DNA of 57,218 nt from a virus (IMGVR_UViG_3300033566_000030:1-57218); one strand, 5' to 3'. Counted from the first letter of the stretch, positions 1 through 7,993 are shown. Notes: generated by a model from the letters alone, not told the origin. Program-made: numbers and translations.

Positions 1-72
1 TTTTTTATTTTTTAATTTTTTTATTTTTAATAAAAAAATGGGTCCTTTTTTTTAAAGCTTGTGTTTTGAATT

Positions 73-1374
73 TTAAAGTGTTTTATGTCTTAAAAGTTCA
101 TAACGATTGCTCTCAAAGATGCTCTTCAACGGTGTGAAAATATCTATCACATCCAAATCATGGATCTTTGTGAAGATAGTATTTATGATACCAGCATTGT
201 ATCCATAATAGTGGATAACATTGGCTAAGCCAGCAAAGTAATCTGTTGAGTTGGTAACATGAGAACTTACGTTCCATACTACAACTACACCAGACCATCC
301 GAACCACTGCAGCATTTCATGTTGAAATTGTGCCATAGATTCTGTCGCTGTACGACCGTTGTTTAGATCACCATCACTTACTACAAGGAATACCGGGTAA
401 GCTTGGATAGCTTCTCTGCGTAACTGACGATCTACATCATCAGTAGCAGCATCCATCCATTTCTTGAATGCTCTTGATACAGTGTTGAAGTGTGTTCCTT
501 CATTCATTGCACGAACAATCATACTTACCGTATTAAGGTTTGTAAGGAAATCAGCTTCTCTGTTAATGATCTGATTAATCACCTTACTACTTCCTTTCAT
601 GAAACGATTTGGACGATCAACACCTACACTACGATCAGTATAGAAGTCAGATTCGCTACCAAAGGTTACCAAGAAGTTATCGATCTCGTCAGATGGATTC
701 TTCAACATAGTCAGAGTTGTTACCAACTGAGCCATCTTGATAGGTAATCCACCACTGTTACTCATCATTGAAGATGATCTATCAGCGATAACAAGTACCG
801 GTACTTCGAATTTCACCTTATCAAGGATTGATTGTGCATTAGTGTTAAACTCATCCACTGTCGTCTTTCCTCCGGTTAGCTTGCCAAATAGGGTAAAGAG
901 ATCCTCTGCTCCAGTGTTAACCTTTGCTTCCTTCTTCACTTTTATAAGCTTCTCTTTCGTTTCTTCAGAAGTATCTCCCTGGCGAACTTTCTCTTCAAGA
1001 ACACGTTGTTCTGATTGAGCGTCAACCTTGAATTTCTCCCAGTTCAAGAACCATGTACCCATGTTACCCCACTTAGCTTTCGCTTTGTCAGTTCCATCAA
1101 GCAGTCGTCTTCTTACACGATAGCGTGCTCCAGAAGGCAAAGTGTTTAACCACAATGCAAACTGTGTTTCATCGAACTCCTTGATCTTTCCAGAAGAGAA
1201 CAATACTGACTCAAGTTCACCATTGTATTCTTGCTTCCAATCTTTCAAGCCGATAAACTGCAGGTTATGTTTGCAAATACGAACTTCCCAGTTCTTTTTT
1301 TTCACTACAGATTTCTTCTTCCTGAGAATAGTAGATCGTAGTTTAGCGTAGTGTTTGTTAATAACGTTTTTCAT
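73..1374 (-). CDS. vWA-domain protein, TROVE/Ro60-like or DUF2828-like; N-terminus possibly short
   Basis: 433 aa ORF. MIDAS motif VLVIADRSSSM, plus GTHF and VVSDGD downstream; helical N-terminal half. Confidence 0.6.
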   Translation of the reverse strand: MKNVINKHYAKLRSTILRKKKSVVKKKNWEVRICKHNLQFIGLKDWKQEYNGELESVLFSSGKIKEFDETQFALWLNTLPSGARYRVRRRLLDGTDKAKAKWGNMGTWFLNWEKFKVDAQSEQRVLEEKVRQGDTSEETKEKLIKVKKEAKVNTGAEDLFTLFGKLTGGKTTVDEFNTNAQSILDKVKFEVPVLVIADRSSSMMSNSGGLPIKMAQLVTTLTMLKNPSDEIDNFLVTFGSESDFYTDRSVGVDRPNRFMKGSSKVINQIINREADFLTNLNTVSMIVRAMNEGTHFNTVSRAFKKWMDAATDDVDRQLRREAIQAYPVFLVVSDGDLNNGRTATESMAQFQHEMLQWFGWSGVVVVWNVSSHVTNSTDYFAGLANVIHYYGYNAGIINTIFTKIHDLDVIDIFTPLKSIFESNRYELLRHKTL

Positions 1375-1400
1375 GGTTCTTTGTTTTGTCCCTCTGTACT

Positions 1401-1966
1401 CAGTTATAATAAGAACCCTCTATTGCGTGGTCATCTAGGTTTTTTGACCTAAACTTATTATAACTGCCCTCCCTTGGGAAGAAGGTTATGGTACATTATT
1501 GGTCATCTTTTTTAAGATCCTTTCAGGAATGACCAAACCTGTATGTTCCCTCTGCATTCAAGTATAGAGGCTTTCGCCAGTCATGGGCGTTGATCACCGA
1601 AGTGATACAAGAGGTCAATATACTACTCACTTATAAATGTCTCACCTTGGGAATGAGAAATGATGCATTAGGATCCGATATCCACTGGGCCTTTCAACCC
1701 GCTCGGATCAACACGGGTACTGGAATAAGTATAATCATCTGTCCATTTCTAAGTGGAACACCTTCCTTGTTAGTACCGGTTTCTTCTTATGATACAAGGT
1801 TCACACTGCCATGTTACTTCCGTGACTATACGAATACCATCACGTCTTAGGTCTGTTTTCTGTAGCAAAGATGCCTTACAATAAACAACGTACTCTTAGC
1901 AGTACTGTAAAGGTGGTTTAGGTCTTCTCTGACAGACATTTACTGTTTACCTTTAGCAGATGATTA
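1401..1966 (-). ncRNA. Large structured ncRNA candidate (GOLLD/ROOL-like size and context)
   Basis: No credible ORF. Many stems: 13-bp CAGTTATAATAAG/CTTATTATAACTG, 10-bp long-range TAATCATCTG/CAGATGATTA (1732-1741 with 1957-1966), GATCCGA/TCGGATC. cUUCGg and GAAA loops read on the minus strand. Confidence 0.55.
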
Positions 1967-2072
1967 ATAATATAAAAGAAGCAGGTTAGGATTTCTCCAT
2001 ATATAAGCGTACTTGTAGTTCTACGGGCTATATTTCTTCACCCAACCAAATTCATCCTCTGCTTTTCTTTTG

Positions 2073-2486
2073 TTATTGTTTTTCTTCTGGTTGTGATTCA
2101 GCCGGCTGCGGTACATCATGTGCCACAGATTCAGCTGCCTTCATCTTTTCATCGAAGCTCTTTACCCCATCGATATATGCTTGTAAACCTGGTTCACCAC
2201 CATTACGGTAAGCTTCAGTAAGTCTTACCTCGTGATTTACATATTGCACCTCACGAAAGCTTTGTCGGTAATTTGTATTTTCATACACCTTTGCACCATT
2301 ATCGAGTTTAAATACTCCTTGTGCAATAAGATCTTTACCCGTTACTTGTCGCATTCTGGGTACTGTCACTACAGATCGACCGTCAGGGTTAAAGAGTGGT
2401 ACTTTCGGAAGCTCTCCCTTTAGATTTTTGATTCTCTGGGATACTTCAAACGTGATTTTGTTTTTTCCTTTATTTGAGTGGTGCAT
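2073..2486 (-). CDS. Hypothetical protein
   Basis: 137 aa ORF with an AT-rich AACC-type upstream region like other genes here. Confidence 0.75.
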   Translation of the reverse strand: MHHSNKGKNKITFEVSQRIKNLKGELPKVPLFNPDGRSVVTVPRMRQVTGKDLIAQGVFKLDNGAKVYENTNYRQSFREVQYVNHEVRLTEAYRNGGEPGLQAYIDGVKSFDEKMKAAESVAHDVPQPAESQPEEKQ

Positions 2487-2516
2487 GATTTTGGTTATTA
2501 ATGGTTAATTTGATTG

Positions 2517-2619
2517 TGGAGTGTACGGGCCTCGAACCCGCGTCTGCTGACAAGCCGCTGCTCTACCCTTAGTCATGAGTTATCTCGAGTTCCCATGATT
2601 CCATCTGAGCTAACACCCC
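2517..2619 (-). ncRNA. tRNA-like RNA with hairpin insertion in the D-loop and a collapsed anticodon arm
   Basis: Acceptor GGGGTGT/ACACTCC-A; D-stem GCTC/GAGC enclosing a TCATG...CATGA hairpin; T-arm GCGGG-TTCGAGG-CCCGT; no 7-nt anticodon loop. Confidence 0.6.
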
Positions 2620-2624
2620 ATTTG

Positions 2625-2700
2625 TGACCTGCATGGGAGTTGAACCCACATTGCTCGGATACATCGCTCAATGACACGCGTGTCATCTTACTACCAGGTC
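2625..2700 (-). ncRNA. tRNA-like RNA without canonical D or anticodon arms
   Basis: Acceptor GACCTG/CAGGTC-A; T-arm GTGGG-TTCAACT-CCCAT; palindromic hairpin ATGACACGCGTGTCAT in place of the normal arms. Confidence 0.5.
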
Positions 2701-2730
2701 AACTTTTTAATAAGTATTGTTTTACAATGG

Positions 2731-2889
2731 TTAGGTTATGATGATAGCAGTAACAGTTATGATAGCGAGTATTGCTATTCCGATAATGACTTCTGCAATG
2801 TGTTTTGATTGTTTGGTAGTTGGTTGTTCTTTGTGCATACGCGCCTTGAGTTCTCTGTGAACTGCAGCACTATAATTATTTGAGTTCAT
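2731..2889 (-). CDS. Small tail-anchored membrane protein (52 aa)
   Basis: Translated by hand: MNSNNYSAAVHRELKARMHKEQPTTKQSKHIAEVIIGIAILAIITVTAIIIT*; C-terminal hydrophobic helix. Confidence 0.55.
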   Translation of the reverse strand: MNSNNYSAAVHRELKARMHKEQPTTKQSKHIAEVIIGIAILAIITVTAIIIT

Positions 2890-3186
2890 GGTGTCAATGC
2901 TTTAATGGGAGTTGGTTGTGGTTGGTTGATCTGGCCGTCGTCATCCATACTCTGCTTCTCTTTATCCAATATCCCTATATACATAGAGAGATTATATCAG
3001 GAGTAGTTCTACTTATAGCAGAGAGTATAGTAACAAACGTAAAAGATCGTGTAAGAGATAGATTGGTAGTTATTGTAGCTATGTATTGCGGGTGAGGCAA
3101 GATAGTGATGGATTTTCATGGTGAGAGTAAGGTAAGGAAAGAGGGAGAGTGTTTCGAACACTGTCTCTTCTGTCCGTGAAACAATA

Positions 3187-3202
3187 TGTTCCACGTGAAA
3201 CA
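3187..3202. promoter_or_regulatory. parS-type palindrome with flanking half-sites
   Basis: TGTTCCACGTGAAACA fits the chromosomal parS consensus TGTTNCACGTGAAACA; half-sites at 3175-3183, 3237-3245 and 3249-3257. Confidence 0.65.
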
Positions 3203-3261
3203 TTACACATAACAGCATGATTACGAGTCCATTATGCGTGGAACATCGTGTGAAACATGAT

Positions 3262-3296
3262 AAAAAGAAAGCAGAGTACCTTACGATACCCTGCTT
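3262..3296 (-). terminator. Intrinsic terminator after 3307-3720
   Basis: AAGCAG..GTA / TAC..CTGCTT stem followed by a U-rich tail on the minus strand. Confidence 0.6.
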
Positions 3297-3306
3297 CTGT
3301 TACCTA

Positions 3307-3720
3307 TTAAAGGTTTGCTCCTGGAGCTTCAACTTCTTGGGCTGCACCCACCTTGTTTAAGTTCTCCATGATGCTCATTAACTCACGAGTCTCTGCAGAC
3401 TTTAAGCCTTTGTACTCGTCCATAAGGATCTCACGATCAATAGGATCCGATGTACTACGGATTAAGTTCTTAACGATACTCACGCGGTTATCCTTCACGA
3501 ATACACCGGTCTCAGTAACGTCAAGCTCACGAGATTGTCCTTCATAACCGTTAGCAGCGAAGTGCAATGGTTTCCCGGTTTTCTCGTCTTCGCGATAGAA
3601 CGTTCCTTTAGCTGCTTTGTAAGCTGCAATTTCTTCTGCTGTTCCCGTTACTTCATACTTGAAGCCGATTGTACCTGTACCTTTTCTGTAGTACGGTCCT
3701 ACGAATTTAGTTTTTAACAT
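3307..3720 (-). CDS. Hypothetical protein, paralog of 4711-5127
   Basis: 137 aa; shares MLK start, YxVTGTAEEIAxYKAxK and C-terminal VEAPGxNL. Confidence 0.85.
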   Translation of the reverse strand: MLKTKFVGPYYRKGTGTIGFKYEVTGTAEEIAAYKAAKGTFYREDEKTGKPLHFAANGYEGQSRELDVTETGVFVKDNRVSIVKNLIRSTSDPIDREILMDEYKGLKSAETRELMSIMENLNKVGAAQEVEAPGANL

Positions 3721-3800
3721 GATTCTGTGTTTTAATTGTTAAACGATTGTGTCTTATGCGATTACACGGAGAGTCCTATCTCCGAACCGCAATATCAAAA

Positions 3801-3934
3801 AAGGGTTGACAGGAGAACGGCGTTAAGATAGCACGTGTAAACACACGCTATCACGAGGACGTTGAAACGTCAGCACGGTTAAGAGATGAACTCGCCGGCT
3901 ATCTCCTTACTACCAATAGAGGGTTGACAGGAGA
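3801..3934 (-). promoter_or_regulatory. Two copies of repeated motif TCTCCTGTCAACCCT (candidate phage-specific promoter)
   Basis: Plus-strand AGGGTTGACAGGAGA at 3802-3816 and 3920-3934, upstream of a minus-strand gene; variants at 5163 and 5476. Confidence 0.5.
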
Positions 3935-4028
3935 GAGTTTACTCGACAGCACACTATATAACGCGTTATTTAGAGAGAATGTTGTATAGTTAAAAACTTT
4001 AACCTATCTTTGTTAAAAATATTAACCA

Positions 4029-4628
4029 ATGAAAGGATACGTTTGGAAACAAAGAGATGCTGAGTGGATTAAGAATAATCCAGGCAAAGGAACAATGTAT
4101 AAAGAGTCAGCGGATAAAGAGATTACTGTTGAGTTATTACCAGCCAAGGAAGCGAAGGTCTCCCCTATTCATTCTTTGTTCAGACCCAATAACTTTAAAA
4201 TCGGTATATATATCATACTCTGCGAAACAGAGAGAAGTGTCTATGTCGGTCAATCAAGGAATATGGAAGGTAGACTTAAGCATCATAAATCAACCATCAA
4301 AGCCGGTAAGAAAAGCAGGAACAACGTGTACACTAGAATGATAGAACATAAAGAAAAACATGGTCTTAAAGCTTTTGAGTTCTTACAGTATTGGGAGATG
4401 GATAGTCCTTCATCTGATGAGCTGTTAAGATGCGAAGATAAAACGATGATCAAGTATCTGAACGAAGGTTATTCATTATATAATTACTCTGTTTGTAGTG
4501 AGATTTCGTCCAACAGTGTTTATTGTAACCCTTCAATCAAACCTCAGATTACTCAACTTATAAACCTTGTTAAAGAAAAACCCGAGATTATGAATAAGAT
4601 TGAAGAGTTGATTCGAGGGAGCGTGTAA
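4029..4628 (+). CDS. GIY-YIG family homing endonuclease
   Basis: GIYII...VYVGQS..MEGRLKHH motif, conserved E and YN; own TATCTTTG promoter at 4005-4012. Confidence 0.85.
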   Translation: MKGYVWKQRDAEWIKNNPGKGTMYKESADKEITVELLPAKEAKVSPIHSLFRPNNFKIGIYIILCETERSVYVGQSRNMEGRLKHHKSTIKAGKKSRNNVYTRMIEHKEKHGLKAFEFLQYWEMDSPSSDELLRCEDKTMIKYLNEGYSLYNYSVCSEISSNSVYCNPSIKPQITQLINLVKEKPEIMNKIEELIRGSV

Positions 4629-4676
4629 TTAGCAGTCAGGTAGACGAGTGTTAATCTCTTTACTCGTCGTAGTTTT

Positions 4677-4704
4677 AAAAAAAAGAAAGGAACCCGAAGG
4701 TTCC
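4677..4704 (-). terminator. Intrinsic terminator after 4711-5127
   Basis: Minus strand GGAACC-TTCG-GGTTCC-TTTCTTTTTTTT. Confidence 0.8.
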
Positions 4705-4710
4705 AATCAA

Positions 4711-5127
4711 TTACAGGTTAGTACCTGGTGCCTCAACGTTCTGCTGAACAGCTGATTTACGAGGACGACTGTCTGCGATCTCAAGCTCACGATCAAGGAT
4801 ACGATCCTCGATGCGTCCGATCTCACGATCAGAACCTTTCGATGCTTCCAACGCATTCTTCTTGTCACGTAGTAACTTGAGTCTCGGACATCCTACTGCG
4901 TAGTACTTGTCTGCTTTAGACAAGTCCAACTCAAGGGTGTTCTGATCAAGGAATGTGGTGATGTACAACGGGTTACCGCTGATCTCATCGCAGGCAACAG
5001 CCTTACCGATTTCAGCTTCTTTAATCGCTTTGTATTTAGCGATCTCTTCAGCTGTTCCTGTTACTACGTAAACGTGACGAGTTACACCTTCTTTAGTGTA
5101 AGACGATTTGTAAGTTGCTTTTAACAT
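4711..5127 (-). CDS. Hypothetical protein, paralog of 3307-3720
   Basis: 138 aa; shared motifs as above. Confidence 0.85.
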   Translation of the reverse strand: MLKATYKSSYTKEGVTRHVYVVTGTAEEIAKYKAIKEAEIGKAVACDEISGNPLYITTFLDQNTLELDLSKADKYYAVGCPRLKLLRDKKNALEASKGSDREIGRIEDRILDRELEIADSRPRKSAVQQNVEAPGTNL

Positions 5128-5192
5128 GTTGTATGGTTTTTATTGGTTAATACAAGGTTAGTAAAGGGTCAGACAGCCGCGTTATATGTAAG

Positions 5193-5225
5193 AAAAAGAT
5201 AAGGGGCACACCATGAGCCCCTTAT
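5193..5225 (-). terminator. Intrinsic terminator after 5229-5444
   Basis: ATAAGGGGC/GCCCCTTAT stem with a U-run on the minus strand. Confidence 0.7.
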
Positions 5226-5228
5226 ACT

Positions 5229-5444
5229 TTATTGATGATGGAAATCGTACATACGATATTCCTCGTTACGTATTGGCTCGATGTCGACTCTACCAACATG
5301 CGAATCACGCATGAAGACTATGTCTGTTGGAGCATTGTCTACGCCGTTACCGTAGATGCGCATTAATAAACCTTTAGCTGTGCTGTGTCGCATTTCCACT
5401 GGCACAAGGTTTCCATTGATCACTGTTGTTGTCATGACTAACAA
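5229..5444 (-). CDS. Hypothetical protein
   Basis: ~70 aa ORF between the repeated motif at 5476 and a terminator; start may be the internal ATG (MTTTVING). Confidence 0.6.
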   Translation of the reverse strand: MLVMTTTVINGNLVPVEMRHSTAKGLLMRIYGNGVDNAPTDIVFMRDSHVGRVDIEPIRNEEYRMYDFHHQ

Positions 5445-5563
5445 AGTATTAAGTTAAACAATATTTATAGGTAGAAAAGGGTCAGACAGGCAAGCTTTGT
5501 TTTCAGCTAGACTTTCTTTTTGCAAGATTCTCCGGAAAAAAGATGACTCGGGAAAAGACACCC

Positions 5564-5609
5564 GGGGGTAGGGGTCGAGCGTCGCGAGGCCCGGGGGTCG
5601 TAGAGGGGG
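5564..5609 (+). other. GC-rich island with four G-tracts at the strand switch
   Basis: GGGGG-TA-GGGG-N18-GGGGG-N7-GGGGG in an otherwise AT-rich genome. Confidence 0.5.
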
Positions 5610-5689
5610 ACCCATCACGCAGACATATCCACAATATTTTCTGTACCCGTAAACTTGCACAGATAAAACTTTTTACGTAGTTTTACCGC

Positions 5690-6391
5690 ATGACTACAAA
5701 CGTAACCATGAGAAGCACCGACAGGGAGTTGTTCGGTGTTACAATCAGACAGGGAACTAACCCTGCTTTTTTATCAGTAACCGATCTTCAAAAAGCTTAT
5801 GAGAAAGCTCGTTGGCAACATGGGTGGAGTGACAGAGAAATAAGTTCTGTTATGCAAACAACCGATTTCAAAGAAAGACTCTACTTTCTGCTCTATGAGC
5901 GAGGTCTGGTAAAACTAACGATTCTTAGTTTTATGGAGATGGTTGATAAAGAAGGGATTACAAGTGTGATGAAAGGTCTTGATGTTTGGAAAACTACTGG
6001 AAGAGGAACTAACAAAACAGTAATGGCTGATCCTTATATCTGGGTTCTTTTGGCTATGGAACTTAATCCTATGATTTATGCTAAGGTTGTTATCTGGCTT
6101 ACTGATAGTTTAATCTTTGATAGGATTGAAGCGGGGGCTGAGACAAAGCCTTTAAACGGAGCTTTATGTGCAATGCTTGGAGGTAAGGCAACGGCAGACA
6201 CTTATCGAAATGTTTACATTACACTAAATAATAAAGTATTCGGTCAACATATCAAAGGAATGAGAAACCTGGCAAGTGCTGCAGAGCTCAAACAAATTGT
6301 ACACATTGAGAAATTTTTACTAAATGCCATTAACCACGGATGGCTTAAGAGTGAAGCTGATGTGATAAACGCTATTGCGAGTTATACCTAG
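5690..6391 (+). CDS. KilA-N domain DNA-binding protein
   Basis: FGVTIRQ...FLSVTDLQKA and TTGRGTNK...ADPYIW...ELNP pattern typical of Bacteroidota phage KilA-N proteins. Confidence 0.7.
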   Translation: MTTNVTMRSTDRELFGVTIRQGTNPAFLSVTDLQKAYEKARWQHGWSDREISSVMQTTDFKERLYFLLYERGLVKLTILSFMEMVDKEGITSVMKGLDVWKTTGRGTNKTVMADPYIWVLLAMELNPMIYAKVVIWLTDSLIFDRIEAGAETKPLNGALCAMLGGKATADTYRNVYITLNNKVFGQHIKGMRNLASAAELKQIVHIEKFLLNAINHGWLKSEADVINAIASYT

Positions 6392-6427
6392 ATTTATTAT
6401 CTTTGCCTGTCAGCAATAACCAATAGT

Positions 6428-6712
6428 ATGAAAACAATTAAGACTGTGCTTATTACACCTAAGTATGTTTCCTTGATTCCTTCTGTGGAGGATATGGAAG
6501 AGAAGGTGTTCTATATATCTGAGCATAATGAGGTAGCTTCTCATCTATGTTTCTGCGGCTGCGGTCATGAGGTAGTTACCCCATTGGATTCGGATCAGTG
6601 GATCTTGTCTGGGGGTAAGGAGATTATCTCTCTATCACCGTCGATCGGTAATTATAATCTTGAATGCAAATCTCATTACGTCATTCGATTTAATAAAGCC
6701 AACTTTATATGA
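6428..6712 (+). CDS. DUF6527-like Cys/His protein
   Basis: HLCFCGCG...TPL...SLSPSIGN...CKSHYVIR. Confidence 0.7.
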   Translation: MKTIKTVLITPKYVSLIPSVEDMEEKVFYISEHNEVASHLCFCGCGHEVVTPLDSDQWILSGGKEIISLSPSIGNYNLECKSHYVIRFNKANFI

Positions 6713-7167
6713 AAAAGAAGAAACTAAAACTTATAGAGTTTCTCAACATGGGTTCTTTCCCGGGACTCATTCTCTTATCCGTTGGTCATACTTATGATGA
6801 GCTCATCAAACAGCTACAGAAAAATTATAAAACCGGTAACTGGGAAAAGGATCCTAGTGGGCTTGAACTTTGGCTCTTTGGTATCCAGGGCGATGAGAGG
6901 CTTCTTAATAATGGAAAGTTCTTCGGTCTCCGTCGTGAACTTACTCATCCGAAGTTTGGTACCAGGTACTTGTATTATATCATACTTCAGGAATTTGACT
7001 TCTCTGATGAGCACATGGTAATACTCGCTCATGAGTGCCTGCATATCTGCCAGTTCCATCTTCCGGATATACTGGATAGGAATAAGGAGCATGAGGCGGA
7101 GGCATACCTTCATACTCACATCATGAGGCAATGTCTGGAGAAAATGCGTAAACCTAAAATAAAATAA
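6709..7167 (+). CDS. HExxH metallopeptidase-like protein
   Basis: LAHECLHI followed by HEAEAY. Confidence 0.6.
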   Translation: MKKKKLKLIEFLNMGSFPGLILLSVGHTYDELIKQLQKNYKTGNWEKDPSGLELWLFGIQGDERLLNNGKFFGLRRELTHPKFGTRYLYYIILQEFDFSDEHMVILAHECLHICQFHLPDILDRNKEHEAEAYLHTHIMRQCLEKMRKPKIK

Positions 7168-7169
7168 AC

Positions 7170-7400
7170 ATGAAAACAAAAACACAGTTCAGAAAATGGT
7201 TCGATCTAATGTGGGGAAACCATTACATCCAGGTATTCATTTTGGACCTATTGTTTATGGGACTAATTACTTATCAGCTAGATGAGTTTGAAGAACCTTG
7301 GACTATTGCGGTAGCTTACGGTATTCCCGGATTAGCTTGCCTAGTAATAATCTACAAGGGCTTTTATAAGTTCTGGCAAGACATGAAGGATAAGTTATGA
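7170..7400 (+). CDS. Small membrane protein
   Basis: 76 aa, two hydrophobic segments. Confidence 0.7.
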   Translation: MKTKTQFRKWFDLMWGNHYIQVFILDLLFMGLITYQLDEFEEPWTIAVAYGIPGLACLVIIYKGFYKFWQDMKDKL

Positions 7401-7816
7401 TAGTAGCGCTTATATTATGGATCCTTGCCGCAATGTGCAATGCCATAATGGATACTCTGGTACATCACTTTGATACAAGTATCTTCAAAAATAAGGACCG
7501 TATGTTCTGGGATCCGGCGATAAGTTGGCGGAATAAATATGTGGATCGCGATAGTACAAAGAGTATCCGAAAACTTTGGATCTTTGATTACCCTGTAGCT
7601 TTTACAGATGCTTGGCATTTCTTTAAGAGTCTGATGATTGTATGTTGTTGCGTGACAATATTATCTCTGCACTAGTCAGCTGTTAAAAATCCTTACCTTT
7701 TAACTACGCAAATAGGTTGCGTAAAGGTAACAATAGGGCTTTTTATATTATTCGGCATTCTATGGAATACTGTATTCTCTGTATGTTATAACAGGATCTT
7801 TAGAAAAAAGAAATAA
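7397..7816 (+). CDS. Membrane protein with an in-frame TAG at 7673-7675
   Basis: The frame stays open for 46 more codons (SAVKNPYLL...IGLFILFGILWNTVFSVCYNRIFRKKK*), adding a TM helix and basic tail. Confidence 0.55.
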
Positions 7817-7818
7817 TA

Positions 7819-7850
7819 TTTGCACAGTTCAAAAACTCTTATTACATTTG
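7819..7850 (+). promoter_or_regulatory. Bacteroidota housekeeping-type promoter for tRNA array 1
   Basis: TTTG (7819-7822), 20 nt, TACATTTG (7843-7850); ATG follows 4 nt later. Confidence 0.8.
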
Positions 7851-7854
7851 TCCT

Positions 7855-7926
7855 ATGAAAATGCTATTACTCTTTAGTTATTGCTTGTGGTCGTCGAAAG
7901 ATGGCTCAGGGAAGACTATTGAATAA
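7855..7926 (+). CDS. Attenuator leader peptide 1 (MKMLLLFSYCLWSSKDGSGKTIE)
   Basis: 23 codons; codons 4-14 are only L/F/S/Y/C/W; contains CTCAGGGA complementary to the terminator 5' arm. Confidence 0.8.
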   Translation: MKMLLLFSYCLWSSKDGSGKTIE

Positions 7927-7960
7927 TGTTTTGTTACGCAACAGAAAACATTTGAACAAG

Positions 7961-7993
7961 AATCCCTGAGTACGCCAACTCAGGGATTTTTTT
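7961..7993 (+). terminator. Attenuator terminator ahead of tRNA array 1
   Basis: AATCCCTGAGT-ACGCCA-ACTCAGGGATT with a 7-T run, ending 4 nt before tRNA-Phe. Confidence 0.85.

Noticed and set aside
1-72. Long T and A runs at the window start
   Set aside because: Low complexity at a contig edge; probably poor consensus rather than biology.
1414-1425. 12-nt match AACCCTCTATTG to the reverse complement of the 3914-3925 motif region
   Set aside because: Opposite orientation, lacks the CTGTC core, and is short enough to be chance.
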